Below are positions 41,917 to 50,814 of a stretch of DNA of 64,000 nucleotides, one piece after another. Source of the DNA: Ruminococcus sp. CAG:579 (GTDB lineage: Archaea > Thermoplasmatota > Thermoplasmata > Methanomassiliicoccales > Methanomethylophilaceae); the NCBI GenBank assembly GCA_963650175.1, contig CAVJLK010000003.1, positions 8,465 through 72,464 on the forward strand, read 5' to 3'. The translations under genes and the position numbers were made by a program. Numbering within the stretch: position 1 is the first letter of the stretch; each line of letters opens with the position of its first letter. The notes under the pieces were generated by a model. That model searched no databases and was not told the DNA's origin. It saw only the letters and a list, made by a program, of their open reading frames with translations.

Positions 41917-44298
41917 TCACAACATCAGAGTCTCGTGTTTCGGCGTCTCCGTTATCCCTAAATCGTCATCGTAGTATCCCTCGACGAGACAGTGGACCGA
42001 TCCACCTGCGAATTGTATCTCCTTCACCATTCCCTTCTTCATCATCCCGTTCAAATCGAAGGTGTTGACGGAATATCTCTGGAGCGTACGCATGGCCTCC
42101 TTGTGGCGATCAAAATACTCGTCGGAACAAAGGATGGCTATCGCCTGACGCGCCACATCGTCGTATGGCACAACAACAGAGTCGTTGGCGTCGATGACCT
42201 TGAACTCCGTATTGGCATCCTTGAACGCCTGCTTCAACTTGCTCATCGCAATCGGTGCAGCTTCTCCGCGATTCCTACTCTTGCAGGTCATCTCTCCGAC
42301 CTTGTTGGAGGACAGCATCGCAAAGAGGGATTGCTCCGGGATCGAGGATTTGTATGCCATATCCGATATCCGTTTGTAGAAATAGTACTGATAATAGTCG
42401 TTCATTGCCTCCGGCGACAAGACATCCTCAATGCCATGACGAAGAACGACCTCGGAACATCTGCAACCTTCCGCGATATCCTCGAGATGAGACAGATTCT
42501 CGTCTGTTCTGATAACATAAACATCGCCCACGTCCCGCCTAGCATTGCGATTGCAACGCCCTGCGGCCTGCGCGATCGAATCCAGACCGGCCATACTGCG
42601 TATGACTACATCGAAGTCGACATCGACACCGGCTTCGATTAGTTGGGTACTGACGCAGACGACCCTCCGCTTCCCCAGAGAAGACACTATCTCCCCCAGC
42701 TTCGAAGCCCTGTGTATCGAACACATGTTGGTGCTGAGATGCGTGAGAAGAACGTCCGACCCGCAACGATTCTTCAACATCCCGTAAACGTCGCGGGCCA
42801 TCCTCTTGGTGTTCACTATGATGAGGACACTTCCTGCCGATTCCATCGAACCGACAGCCAATTCGGCGATATCCTCCGGACCTGCAGGAGGGCCTGTCGG
42901 ATTCACATAGCTGACTCTTGTCCTCTTCAAATCCCTGAACAATCCGCTGACATCCTTCATGATTTCAGTTGCATGCGACAAATCCAAAGGATGGTCTTTG
43001 ACGCTACCTAAACACGGCTGGGTGGCTGTGCACAAAACCACAGACGCTCCGCAGTGACGGCATAGGAAGTTGACCGCCTCGTTGAACATGAAGACGGTCT
43101 TCACCGGCAGGCTCTGGATTTCATCGAACACGATGACCGCATTGGCCAGATTGTGCATTCTGCGGATGCGCTTGGTGCCCGATGAGAACAGAACCTCCAG
43201 GAATTGCACCATGGACGTGAATATCACCGGGCCATCCCAGGAATCCATGGGCGAATTCCATGTAGAAGACTCCTCGAATGAATCCTCCCCTATATCCACA
43301 TTGGAGTGACATTCGGTGACGAGATCGGGTTCCGACCCCTCGTTGATCAGCTTCCTGATGACCGCGACATTCTGCTCCAGTATGGACAGGTAGGGTACGA
43401 CGTAGATGATCCTCTCCATATCGTGCTCGCACAGGTGGTTGACGGCGAACCTGAAGCTGGAAATTGTCTTCCCACCACCGGTCGGCACGGATAACGTGAA
43501 CAATCCTTTATCGCGAACAGATGCGGCCTTGCATTCGTCGGATATCCTGGCACGAATCTTCGATATGTCATCGGTCGAACCGTACGATGAAATCCTCTCT
43601 TCGAACCGGTCTCTGATACGCGCCCAATCGACGGATGGCTCGACATAATCCATACCACTCTGGAATGCGATCGTGTCGATCCTGTCGGCATCGATCAAAG
43701 AACTGAGGATGAATCTGTTCATCAGACCCCATCTGAACATCAAGTTCTGACAACTCGTAGATCCGTTCATCCCTTCCAAGATGCCTGCGAATGAATCCAA
43801 CGTGCCATCAAACAGCTCTTGGATCTCATCCAGGATCTTTCCGTCTATCCTCTCAACTGCCTCATCGAAGTATGTCTTGGACCTGTCTTTAGAGACCCTC
43901 TTGATGAAATCCGCAACTCCTTCGGCGGAGATGTAGTTCATCAACCCGGAGTGATGCGACATTATGGCAGATTCCATCATCTCGAGCGCAACGGCCTCGT
44001 ATACGCTGGAACAGGACTCGCGGCGATCGTATAGGAACTGAGCTCCTGCCGTCGAATGGTCAATGTCCCCGCGTGAGAAACCAGACCCGTCTTCTGAAAT
44101 GTACTCGTTGAAATCGGCGGAGGCTTTTCCGAGATCGTGCAACAACCCCAGCATCCTGCCAACCCCGCACAGGCCTATCCTCCGAGTGAACCTCTCGCAC
44201 ACCTCGGAAGTGCCCTCCAAGTGCTCCTCCAAGGTCTGAATGACACCGGTTGTTTCCCGGATATGGCCTATGTTGGTCACACCTACATTGTTCATCAT
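41917..44298 (-). CDS. cas3: Cas3 HD nuclease / DExD-box helicase
   Basis: 793 aa. HD domain (LLHDLGKAS...DHS), Walker A (VPTGGGKT), and DEIQ and CTATQP helicase motifs. Confidence 0.95.
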   Translation of the reverse strand: MMNNVGVTNIGHIRETTGVIQTLEEHLEGTSEVCERFTRRIGLCGVGRMLGLLHDLGKASADFNEYISEDGSGFSRGDIDHSTAGAQFLYDRRESCSSVYEAVALEMMESAIMSHHSGLMNYISAEGVADFIKRVSKDRSKTYFDEAVERIDGKILDEIQELFDGTLDSFAGILEGMNGSTSCQNLMFRWGLMNRFILSSLIDADRIDTIAFQSGMDYVEPSVDWARIRDRFEERISSYGSTDDISKIRARISDECKAASVRDKGLFTLSVPTGGGKTISSFRFAVNHLCEHDMERIIYVVPYLSILEQNVAVIRKLINEGSEPDLVTECHSNVDIGEDSFEESSTWNSPMDSWDGPVIFTSMVQFLEVLFSSGTKRIRRMHNLANAVIVFDEIQSLPVKTVFMFNEAVNFLCRHCGASVVLCTATQPCLGSVKDHPLDLSHATEIMKDVSGLFRDLKRTRVSYVNPTGPPAGPEDIAELAVGSMESAGSVLIIVNTKRMARDVYGMLKNRCGSDVLLTHLSTNMCSIHRASKLGEIVSSLGKRRVVCVSTQLIEAGVDVDFDVVIRSMAGLDSIAQAAGRCNRNARRDVGDVYVIRTDENLSHLEDIAEGCRCSEVVLRHGIEDVLSPEAMNDYYQYYFYKRISDMAYKSSIPEQSLFAMLSSNKVGEMTCKSRNRGEAAPIAMSKLKQAFKDANTEFKVIDANDSVVVPYDDVARQAIAILCSDEYFDRHKEAMRTLQRYSVNTFDLNGMMKKGMVKEIQFAGGSVHCLVEGYYDDDLGITETPKHETLML

Positions 44299-44502
44299 CT
44301 TACTCCGATTGATAGGAGAACTCGTCGCAACGATAAATAGCTGTTTGATTGTGCATTGGAAAAATCAACACAAAGGTAGTACACTTGGTGTAACAGATAG
44401 GTTTATTGAAATTCATATACGCCATATATTGCGCCTATTATTCAGCCTCATTCCGATAGGCTGCCGGTCGTCATCGGAAACAATGAGAACAAGAAGAGTG
44501 GG

Positions 44503-44523
44503 AAGGGGCCGGAGCCCCTGTTT
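44503..44523 (-). terminator. Hairpin element 2 nt after the glnQ-like stop. An identical 21-mer lies at 53851..53871.
   Basis: The plus strand reads aaGGGGCcggaGCCCCtgttt. On the minus-strand RNA this is AAACAGGGGC-UCCG-GCCCCUU, a UNCG-type loop followed by a pyrimidine-rich tract. Confidence 0.45.
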
Positions 44524-44525
44524 TC

Positions 44526-45341
44526 TCAAAGGACCTTCGAAAGGAAATCCCTGAGACGCGGATTCTGCGGGTTCCCGAAGATGTCCTCGGGCGTGCCCTG
44601 CTCCGCGATGACCCCGCCGTCCAGGAAGATCACCCTGTCGGAGACCTCCCTGGCGAAGCCCATCTCGTGGGTGACGATCAGCATGGTCATCCCCGACTCG
44701 GCCAGGTCCTTGATGATGTTCAGCACCTCGCCCACCATCTCCGGGTCCAGGGCGGACGTGGGCTCGTCGAAGAGCATGACGTCCGGGTTCATCGCCAGGG
44801 CCCTGGCGATGGCCACGCGCTGCTTCTGTCCGCCGGAGAGCCTGGACGGATACTGGTCCGCCTTGTCCGGAAGACCGATCCTGGCCAGCAGCTCGTCCGC
44901 CTCGGCGGACGCCTCCTCCTCGGTCATGATGCCGAGCAGGACGGGGGTCAGCATGATGTTCTCCTTCACGGTCTTGTTCGGGAAGAGTTCGAACGATTGG
45001 AAGACCATCCCGATCTTCCTGCGCAGGAGATCCAGCTCGGTCGACGGCTTGGGCCTCAGCACCGACAGGATCCTCGCGCCGATCCCCTCCGGCCTATCGT
45101 CGATCCCGGCGATCTCCTTCCCCTCGATCACTATGGAACCGCCCGTGGGCTTCTCCAGCAGGTTGATCGAGCGGAGCATCGTCGACTTCCCGCATCCCGA
45201 GGGGCCGATGATCGAGATCACCTCCCCCCTGCGGACCTCCAGGTCGATCCCCCTCAGAACCTCGTTGTCACCGAACGACTTGCGCAGTCCGGAGATCTCT
45301 ATCAGAACTTCGTCAGTAGGCACTGTTAAGCCTCCTCTCAA
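44526..45341 (-). CDS. Polar amino-acid ABC transporter ATPase (GlnQ/HisP type)
   Basis: Walker [10 protein letters not shown], signature [15 protein letters not shown] and Walker [15 protein letters not shown] at 45323 behind GAGGAGG is a likely true start. Confidence 0.9.
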   Translation of the reverse strand: MRGGLTVPTDEVLIEISGLRKSFGDNEVLRGIDLEVRRGEVISIIGPSGCGKSTMLRSINLLEKPTGGSIVIEGKEIAGIDDRPEGIGARILSVLRPKPSTELDLLRRKIGMVFQSFELFPNKTVKENIMLTPVLLGIMTEEEASAEADELLARIGLPDKADQYPSRLSGGQKQRVAIARALAMNPDVMLFDEPTSALDPEMVGEVLNIIKDLAESGMTMLIVTHEMGFAREVSDRVIFLDGGVIAEQGTPEDIFGNPQNPRLRDFLSKVL

Positions 45342-47505
45342 GCCTCTTGATCAGGTACGTCAGCACGAGGACGATCGCCAGATAGATGACCGCGACCACC
45401 AGCAGCGGCAGCAGCGCATCGTAGGTCTGTCCCCTGATGATGTCCCCCGCGCGGGTCAGGTCCATGACCCCGATGTAGCCGGCGACGGACGTCTCCTTCA
45501 GCAGGGATATGCCCTCGTTGCCCAGAGCGGGCAGGATGTTCCTGAGCGCCTGGGGCATGATGACCGTCCTCATGGCCTGGCCGTTGTTCATCCCGAGGCT
45601 CCTGCTGGCCTCCATCTGCCCCTTCGGGACCGAGTTGATGCCGGATCTGAACACCTCGGCCACGTACGCTCCGGAGTTCAGACCGAAGGCCGCGCCGGCT
45701 ATCAGTATCTGGCTCAGATTGACCGACGCGAACACCACGTAGTAGATGATCAGCAGCTGGACCATCATAGGGGTCCCACGTATCACGGTGATGTACAGCC
45801 TGCAGATCTTGTCGCAGACGTAGAACCTGCCCGTCTGGTCGTGGGTGCTCCTGATCATGGCCGCGAGCGCTCCGATGACGAGCCCGATCACCAGCGCCAG
45901 GACGGTAATCATTATCGTGTTCTTCAGACCCTTGAAGATGTACGAGTAGCGGTCGTTGTCGATGAAATCCTTCCTGAACCTGTCCCAGAACCCGTTGCCC
46001 CCGTCGTCGGTGTCTCCGCCGGAGCTCTGATTGTAGTATGAAGGGATCTCCGCCTCGCCGACGTGCTCGCCGTAGTAGGCGAAGATGGCGTCGAGGGTGC
46101 CGTCGTCCTTCAGCCTCTGCAGCGCAGAATTGAACGCGTCCCTGAGCTCGGTGTTGCCCTTGGCGAAGATGAACCCGTAGTACTCGACGTCCGCGTCCAG
46201 CACGTCGAGGATCTTCAGGTCGGACTGCGTCTTGACCTGCGCGAGCGCGACCTCGTAGTCGACTATCTCCGCATCGGCCTTCTTGCCCTGGACGTCCATC
46301 ATCGCCTGGATGTAGGACTTCTGGTAGCTGATCCGGTCGATGTCGGTCAGGGTCTCGGCCATCGCCGCGCCGGTGGTGCCGGTCTGCGACGAGATCCTCT
46401 TGCCCTTCAGGTCCTCCAGGGTGCTGATCGACGAATCCTTCAGGACGACCGCGACCTGCTTGTTGACGGCGTACGGATCGGAGAAGTCCACCTGGTCCTT
46501 CCTCTCCTCGCCTATGGTGAATCCCGATGCGCCCATGTCGCACTTGCCCTGCTGGACGGAGAGGATTATCGAGTCGAAATCGTTCTGCCTGAAGACGACG
46601 TTGTACCCGAGGTCCTTGCAGATCGCGCGGACGACGTCCATGTCGATCCCGGTGAACTCGGTCCCGCACATGGTGTCGTAGGGCGCGAAGTACGGACTGG
46701 TCTCGACGACGATGGTCTTCCTGTCGTCGCCGTACAGCGGGGGAGTATCGACGCTGCACCCGTTTTCCACGTAGTAGTCTGTGATCTTCTGGACGGTGCC
46801 GTCGTCGATGAGCTTCTTCAGCGCGTCGTTGAACGTCTCGTACAGAGAGCTGCCCTTGGCGAAGATGAACCCGTAGTACTCGGTCTCCGCATCGGTCAGG
46901 ATGTCGCGGATCTCGAGCTCGGGATGCTCTGAGATCTGGGACTGGGCGACCATGTCGTCCACGATCTCCGCATCTGCCTTGCCGTTGATGAGGTCCATAA
47001 CCACATCGGAGTACATCTTCTGGTAGACGATGTCGCCGCTGATCGTCTCGGCGTAGTCGGCGCCGGTGGTGCCGGCCTGGACTGTGAGCCTCTTCCCCTT
47101 GATGTCCTCCAGGGAGTCTATCGGGGAGCTCTTCAGGACCACGGCCACCTGCTTGACGGTGGCGTAGGACTCCGAGAAGTTCACCTGCAGCTTCCTCTCC
47201 TCGCTGATGGTGAAACCGGAAGCGCCCATGTCGCACTTCTTCTGCTGCACGGACATGAGGATCGAGTCGAAGGAGTTCTGCCTGAACTCGACGTTGTATC
47301 CGATCTCCTTGCAGACGGCACGGATCACGTCCATGTCGATCCCGGCGAACCTTTCGCCGTAGTAGTAGTCGAACGGGGCGAAGTCAGGGCTGCTCTCGAC
47401 GACGATCGTGTCCCCCTTGTTCCCATCGTTCAGACTGACCGCGACCGCCGCCGCGCACGCCACGATGATGATCGCCATCACCGCGGCCAGTATCTTCCTG
47501 TTCAT
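45313..47505 (-). CDS. GlnP-type fusion: two tandem SBP_bac_3 substrate-binding domains plus a HisM/GlnP permease domain
   Basis: 730 aa with a signal anchor. Two ~230-aa repeats occur (FAPFDYY...[20 protein letters not shown]...[10 protein letters not shown] and FAPYDTM...[20 protein letters not shown]...[10 protein letters not shown]). A permease with the EAA-type loop follows ([23 protein letters not shown]). Confidence 0.9.
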   Translation of the reverse strand: MNRKILAAVMAIIIVACAAAVAVSLNDGNKGDTIVVESSPDFAPFDYYYGERFAGIDMDVIRAVCKEIGYNVEFRQNSFDSILMSVQQKKCDMGASGFTISEERKLQVNFSESYATVKQVAVVLKSSPIDSLEDIKGKRLTVQAGTTGADYAETISGDIVYQKMYSDVVMDLINGKADAEIVDDMVAQSQISEHPELEIRDILTDAETEYYGFIFAKGSSLYETFNDALKKLIDDGTVQKITDYYVENGCSVDTPPLYGDDRKTIVVETSPYFAPYDTMCGTEFTGIDMDVVRAICKDLGYNVVFRQNDFDSIILSVQQGKCDMGASGFTIGEERKDQVDFSDPYAVNKQVAVVLKDSSISTLEDLKGKRISSQTGTTGAAMAETLTDIDRISYQKSYIQAMMDVQGKKADAEIVDYEVALAQVKTQSDLKILDVLDADVEYYGFIFAKGNTELRDAFNSALQRLKDDGTLDAIFAYYGEHVGEAEIPSYYNQSSGGDTDDGGNGFWDRFRKDFIDNDRYSYIFKGLKNTIMITVLALVIGLVIGALAAMIRSTHDQTGRFYVCDKICRLYITVIRGTPMMVQLLIIYYVVFASVNLSQILIAGAAFGLNSGAYVAEVFRSGINSVPKGQMEASRSLGMNNGQAMRTVIMPQALRNILPALGNEGISLLKETSVAGYIGVMDLTRAGDIIRGQTYDALLPLLVVAVIYLAIVLVLTYLIKRLERRLNSAY

Positions 47506-47653
47506 GCTATCAACTGAAACTTGACACTAGGTGTTGGGTCACATGATAAAGAAATGTGAACATTCTCGGTCGCTTTCCGACCGAATGTCTGGAATCGGAC
47601 ATATATTGAGTCCGAAGAATCTAAAGGATACAGCGGAAGGCCCCATGGGTCCA

Positions 47654-48841
47654 TCATCGTACATGATATGAGGAACGGACGAATCGTCGATATCGTGTCC
47701 AAACCGTCCCGGTTCCGGACCGCGGAAGTGGGGGGTGCTTAAATACAAAAGTGTAATCCAACCCCATTTTGCTTAAATACAGAAATGCAACACTGACACG
47801 CTGGCTCGGAAATCGGAGGTCCCTGAAGGGAACGAGGTCGCAGCATCCGCATTCCATGCACATGGTCCTGCTCGTCAGGGACGTCATCCCGTGCTCCCGC
47901 ATGACCTCCTTCTGCATCCCCGCGACGGCCATCGCCCTCTCCGGGGTCACCGGGACCGGCTCGCCTATCGCTTCGATCAGGCTGCCGCGGTTGTACCTGT
48001 TGACCCTCAGCGCCCTGAACCCCGGGATCACCCCCATGGAGCACAGCGTCTCCGCCACATCGCGGAGATCGCCGTCGGTCTCCCCCAGGCCGTAGATGAT
48101 GTTCGATATGACGCGTCCCCTGCCGAACACCCTCACGGCCTCCTCCAGGAAACCCATGATGCCGTCGTAGTCCAGATCGGGGCACACCTTCGCGAAGATG
48201 TCCCTCCTGGGTGTCTCCAGATTGAGCTTGATCTCGTCCGCCCCCGCATCCTTCAGCCTGCGGATGTGCTCCGGCGATGAGACGTACGGTTCCACCCCTA
48301 TCGGCATGTCCGGGTACGCGGAGCGCACGCGGGACACCACGTCGACCAGCCTGTCCACCGTGCCGCCGATGCTCCCGACGACCCCGCTGGTGAAGGACAC
48401 CGCCTTGACCTCGTGCTCCGACACCGACTCGGCCAGCATGTCCATTATCCTCTCCGTCGAGAGGTGCTTGTCCTCGCTCATGTCCAGCAGCGGGGACGAG
48501 CAGTAGGCGCAGTGGTACATGCACCTGGGATCGAGGTTGAAGAAGGCCTGCTCCGGGCAGTGGCGGACCACCGGCTGGAGCTCGACCTCGTCGAGGAACG
48601 GCTCCCCGCCGTGCGTCAGGGACAGCTTCCCGTCCTCGGACACGTGCAGCTCGAACTCGCCCGAATCGTAGGATACGGACTTCTTGACACGGAAGCGGCC
48701 GAAGGATATGGCCACGGATCCGAACCCGGCACCGGGGCCCGCGGTCGAATGCGATATCCTGCACGGCACCTCGTAGCCCTCGGGCAGACGCACGCCCCCT
48801 CCCAGCGAGAGGAGGGCCTTCTTCTCCAGCATCCCGTCCAT
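47654..48841 (-). CDS. Radical SAM protein with a ~100-aa N-terminal extension
   Basis: CMYHCAYC (CxxxCxxC) at about aa 108 and a TIM-barrel-like remainder. The C-terminal tail beyond CGCCDLVPF may be run-on. Confidence 0.75.
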   Translation of the reverse strand: MDGMLEKKALLSLGGGVRLPEGYEVPCRISHSTAGPGAGFGSVAISFGRFRVKKSVSYDSGEFELHVSEDGKLSLTHGGEPFLDEVELQPVVRHCPEQAFFNLDPRCMYHCAYCSSPLLDMSEDKHLSTERIMDMLAESVSEHEVKAVSFTSGVVGSIGGTVDRLVDVVSRVRSAYPDMPIGVEPYVSSPEHIRRLKDAGADEIKLNLETPRRDIFAKVCPDLDYDGIMGFLEEAVRVFGRGRVISNIIYGLGETDGDLRDVAETLCSMGVIPGFRALRVNRYNRGSLIEAIGEPVPVTPERAMAVAGMQKEVMREHGMTSLTSRTMCMECGCCDLVPFRDLRFPSQRVSVAFLYLSKMGLDYTFVFKHPPLPRSGTGTVWTRYRRFVRSSYHVR

Positions 48842-49478
48842 CGCACCCGCCTCGGCGGACCCTCTCTATCGATGCGACGCAGCGGTCGATCATGTCGTCG
48901 AAATCCATCCTCTGCTGGAACTCCGCGACCTTCTCCGGCTTCGCCTCGGTGACGGGACGTATCGGGACCGCGGCGCAGCCGGACGTCTTGATTATCGAGA
49001 TGTCGAAGGTCCCGATGCGCTGGGCGATGTCGATGATCTCCAGCTTGTCCAGGCCGATCAGCGGGCGGACCACCGGGAACCCCAGGTCCTTCTGCTCCGC
49101 GCGGATGTTCATCAGCGTCTGCGAGGCCACCTGGCCGAGGGAGTCCCCCATGATAATCCCGGACGCCCCTATGCTCTGCGCGAACCTCTTGGCCACGTTG
49201 TGCATCGTCCTCTTGCACAGGACGCACTGGTAGTTCGAATCGGCCCTGTCGGCGATGATCCTCTGGTTGGCGCCGTGGTCGGCCACGTACACGGGGAACT
49301 CCTTCCCGGTGCACTTCTCCAGCTGTTCGGAGATCTTCACGACCTTCTCCAGGTCCTTCGGGTCCCCGTACTCGCCGTTGCTCATGTGGAGCATAACCAC
49401 ATCCGCGCCCGCTTCGGACATCAGATAGGATGCCACCGGGGAGTCTATGCCCCCGGAGATCAGGGATACCAGCTTCAT
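47739..49478 (-). CDS. ThiI-like PP-loop sulfurtransferase domain protein (no THUMP domain). The recognisable part is ~48850..49478, but the ORF stays open to 47739.
   Basis: MKLVSLISGGIDSPVASYLM PP-loop, CVLCKRTM and GDSLGQVASQT match the ThiI C-terminal domain (~205 aa). The remaining ~370 aa are an off-frame shadow of the radical SAM gene. Confidence 0.7.
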   Translation of the reverse strand: MKLVSLISGGIDSPVASYLMSEAGADVVMLHMSNGEYGDPKDLEKVVKISEQLEKCTGKEFPVYVADHGANQRIIADRADSNYQCVLCKRTMHNVAKRFAQSIGASGIIMGDSLGQVASQTLMNIRAEQKDLGFPVVRPLIGLDKLEIIDIAQRIGTFDISIIKTSGCAAVPIRPVTEAKPEKVAEFQQRMDFDDMIDRCVASIERVRRGGCDGRDAGEEGPPLAGRGRASARGLRGAVQDIAFDRGPRCRVRIRGHILRPLPCQEVRILRFGRVRAARVRGREAVPDARRGAVPRRGRAPAGGPPLPGAGLLQPRSQVHVPLRLLLVPAAGHERGQAPLDGEDNGHAGRVGVGARGQGGVLHQRGRREHRRHGGQAGRRGVPRALRVPGHADRGGTVRLIAGAHPQAEGCGGGRDQAQSGDTQEGHLREGVPRSGLRRHHGFPGGGREGVRQGTRHIEHHLRPGGDRRRSPRCGGDAVLHGGDPGVQGAEGQQVQPRQPDRSDRRAGPGDPGEGDGRRGDAEGGHAGARDDVPDEQDHVHGMRMLRPRSLQGPPISEPACQCCISVFKQNGVGLHFCI

Positions 49479-49632
49479 CCGTTCATCTCCTCGATATGCG
49501 TGTTATGGAAATCCCGTCCGATGTCGCTCCGATCGAGGGATCCGCGACGGGGCGCGGATCGTTTCCCTTGTTCCAGTGTTTTCCGTCGAGCATGGGTGTC
49601 CACCGCAATTCCTACTTTTCCTATAAGAAATG

Positions 49633-49646
49633 GTAGTCAAGACTAC
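49633..49646. promoter_or_regulatory. Palindrome in the divergent thiI-like / rrf2 intergenic region, a candidate operator
   Basis: GTAGTCAAGACTAC is a perfect 6+6 inverted repeat. It extends imperfectly to AAATgGTAGTCaaGACTACtATTT (49629..49652). Confidence 0.3.
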
Positions 49647-49793
49647 TATTTAATTCGGACTGCCGGCCATCGCCGAATCGGGATAAAACAGGCACCCCGA
49701 TTCCGCGCCCGTCACGACCGATGCGATTAGCCCCGTACGATTTCCACATTTCCCTCTGGGAAAATATTTAATCGGAACCGCCCATGGACGGGC

Positions 49794-50243
49794 GTGCATA
49801 TCTCCACGAGGACCCGCTTCGCGGTACAGATGATGGTCGACATGGCCGTCTACGAATCGGACGGGAACGTCAAGATCAAGGACATGGCGAGGCGCCAGAA
49901 CATCTCCGTGAAGTACATGGAGCAGATCGTCACCGTCCTCAGCAAGGCCGGATACGTCAAGGGCGAGAGGGGCCCCCAGGGAGGGTACCGCCTCGGCATG
50001 AAGGCCGAGGACATCACCGCCGGCGAGATAGTCCGCCTGATGGAGGGGACGGACGACAGGGACGGCCCCGACGGGGAGGGCGAATGCCCCTGGATCTCCA
50101 GATGCGTGGAGATGGGGCTCTGGAGCAGGGTCGACGCCGCCATCGGCGAGATCCTGGACGGCACCACGATCCTGGACCTGATCGACCTGGCCCGCAGGGA
50201 GGGGCTGCTGGACCGCGTCGACGCACCCGAGTATTACATCTGA
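49794..50243 (+). CDS. Rrf2-family transcriptional regulator (IscR/CymR-like)
   Basis: ISTRTRFAVQMMVDMA...ISVKYMEQIVTVLSKAGYVKGERGPQGGYRL is the Rrf2 wHTH. There is a single C..C-type region (ECPWISRC). GTG start. Confidence 0.85.
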   Translation: MHISTRTRFAVQMMVDMAVYESDGNVKIKDMARRQNISVKYMEQIVTVLSKAGYVKGERGPQGGYRLGMKAEDITAGEIVRLMEGTDDRDGPDGEGECPWISRCVEMGLWSRVDAAIGEILDGTTILDLIDLARREGLLDRVDAPEYYI

Positions 50244-50287
50244 GAACAGTTGGAAATCCTTATATCGTATCCGACGATTCCCCATGT

Positions 50288-50782
50288 ATGATATCATGGA
50301 CCATCGCTGTTGTTGAGGCAGTCGTTTTCATCATCATCACATTGTTGTACAGCTATCTCGGACCCGTGCATGACGGCAAGATGTGCGCCCGCTCCTACCC
50401 TCCCGCCATCCGCGAGAGGTACTATCTGGATCACGAGCGCCCCGCCGAGCCGTCCCAGAGGAGGGACGTCGCCGAGAGGGTCTTCGCCATCGTCCTGGTA
50501 TCGGGCGTAACCGCCGCATGCGCCGTTGTGTCGGGTGCGGAGGGATTCGTCGAGGGCTTCGCTTTCGGCTTCATCGTCTTCCTGGCGCTCATCGTCTACG
50601 CCCTCGCGTTCGGATGCCTCGTCTTCCCCCGCGCGAAATGGGTCCGCCTGCCCGGGACCGAGGACATGGATGCGGAGTACTCGGACATATCGTCCCGTCC
50701 CAGGCGCTTCGCGTACCCCGGACTCGTCAACGCCGCGGCCGTCGGACTCGTCACCGGCGCGATCCTGTTCCTGGTCGGGTGA
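50288..50782 (+). CDS. Hypothetical membrane protein (4 predicted TM segments)
   Basis: The last 164 aa of track ORF 49784..50782, starting at ATG 50288 (MISWTIAVVEAVVFIIITLL). Confidence 0.5.
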   Translation: MISWTIAVVEAVVFIIITLLYSYLGPVHDGKMCARSYPPAIRERYYLDHERPAEPSQRRDVAERVFAIVLVSGVTAACAVVSGAEGFVEGFAFGFIVFLALIVYALAFGCLVFPRAKWVRLPGTEDMDAEYSDISSRPRRFAYPGLVNAAAVGLVTGAILFLVG

Positions 50783-50814
50783 TGTTCTAATCGTATGAGC
50801 GCCATGGACGGGCG

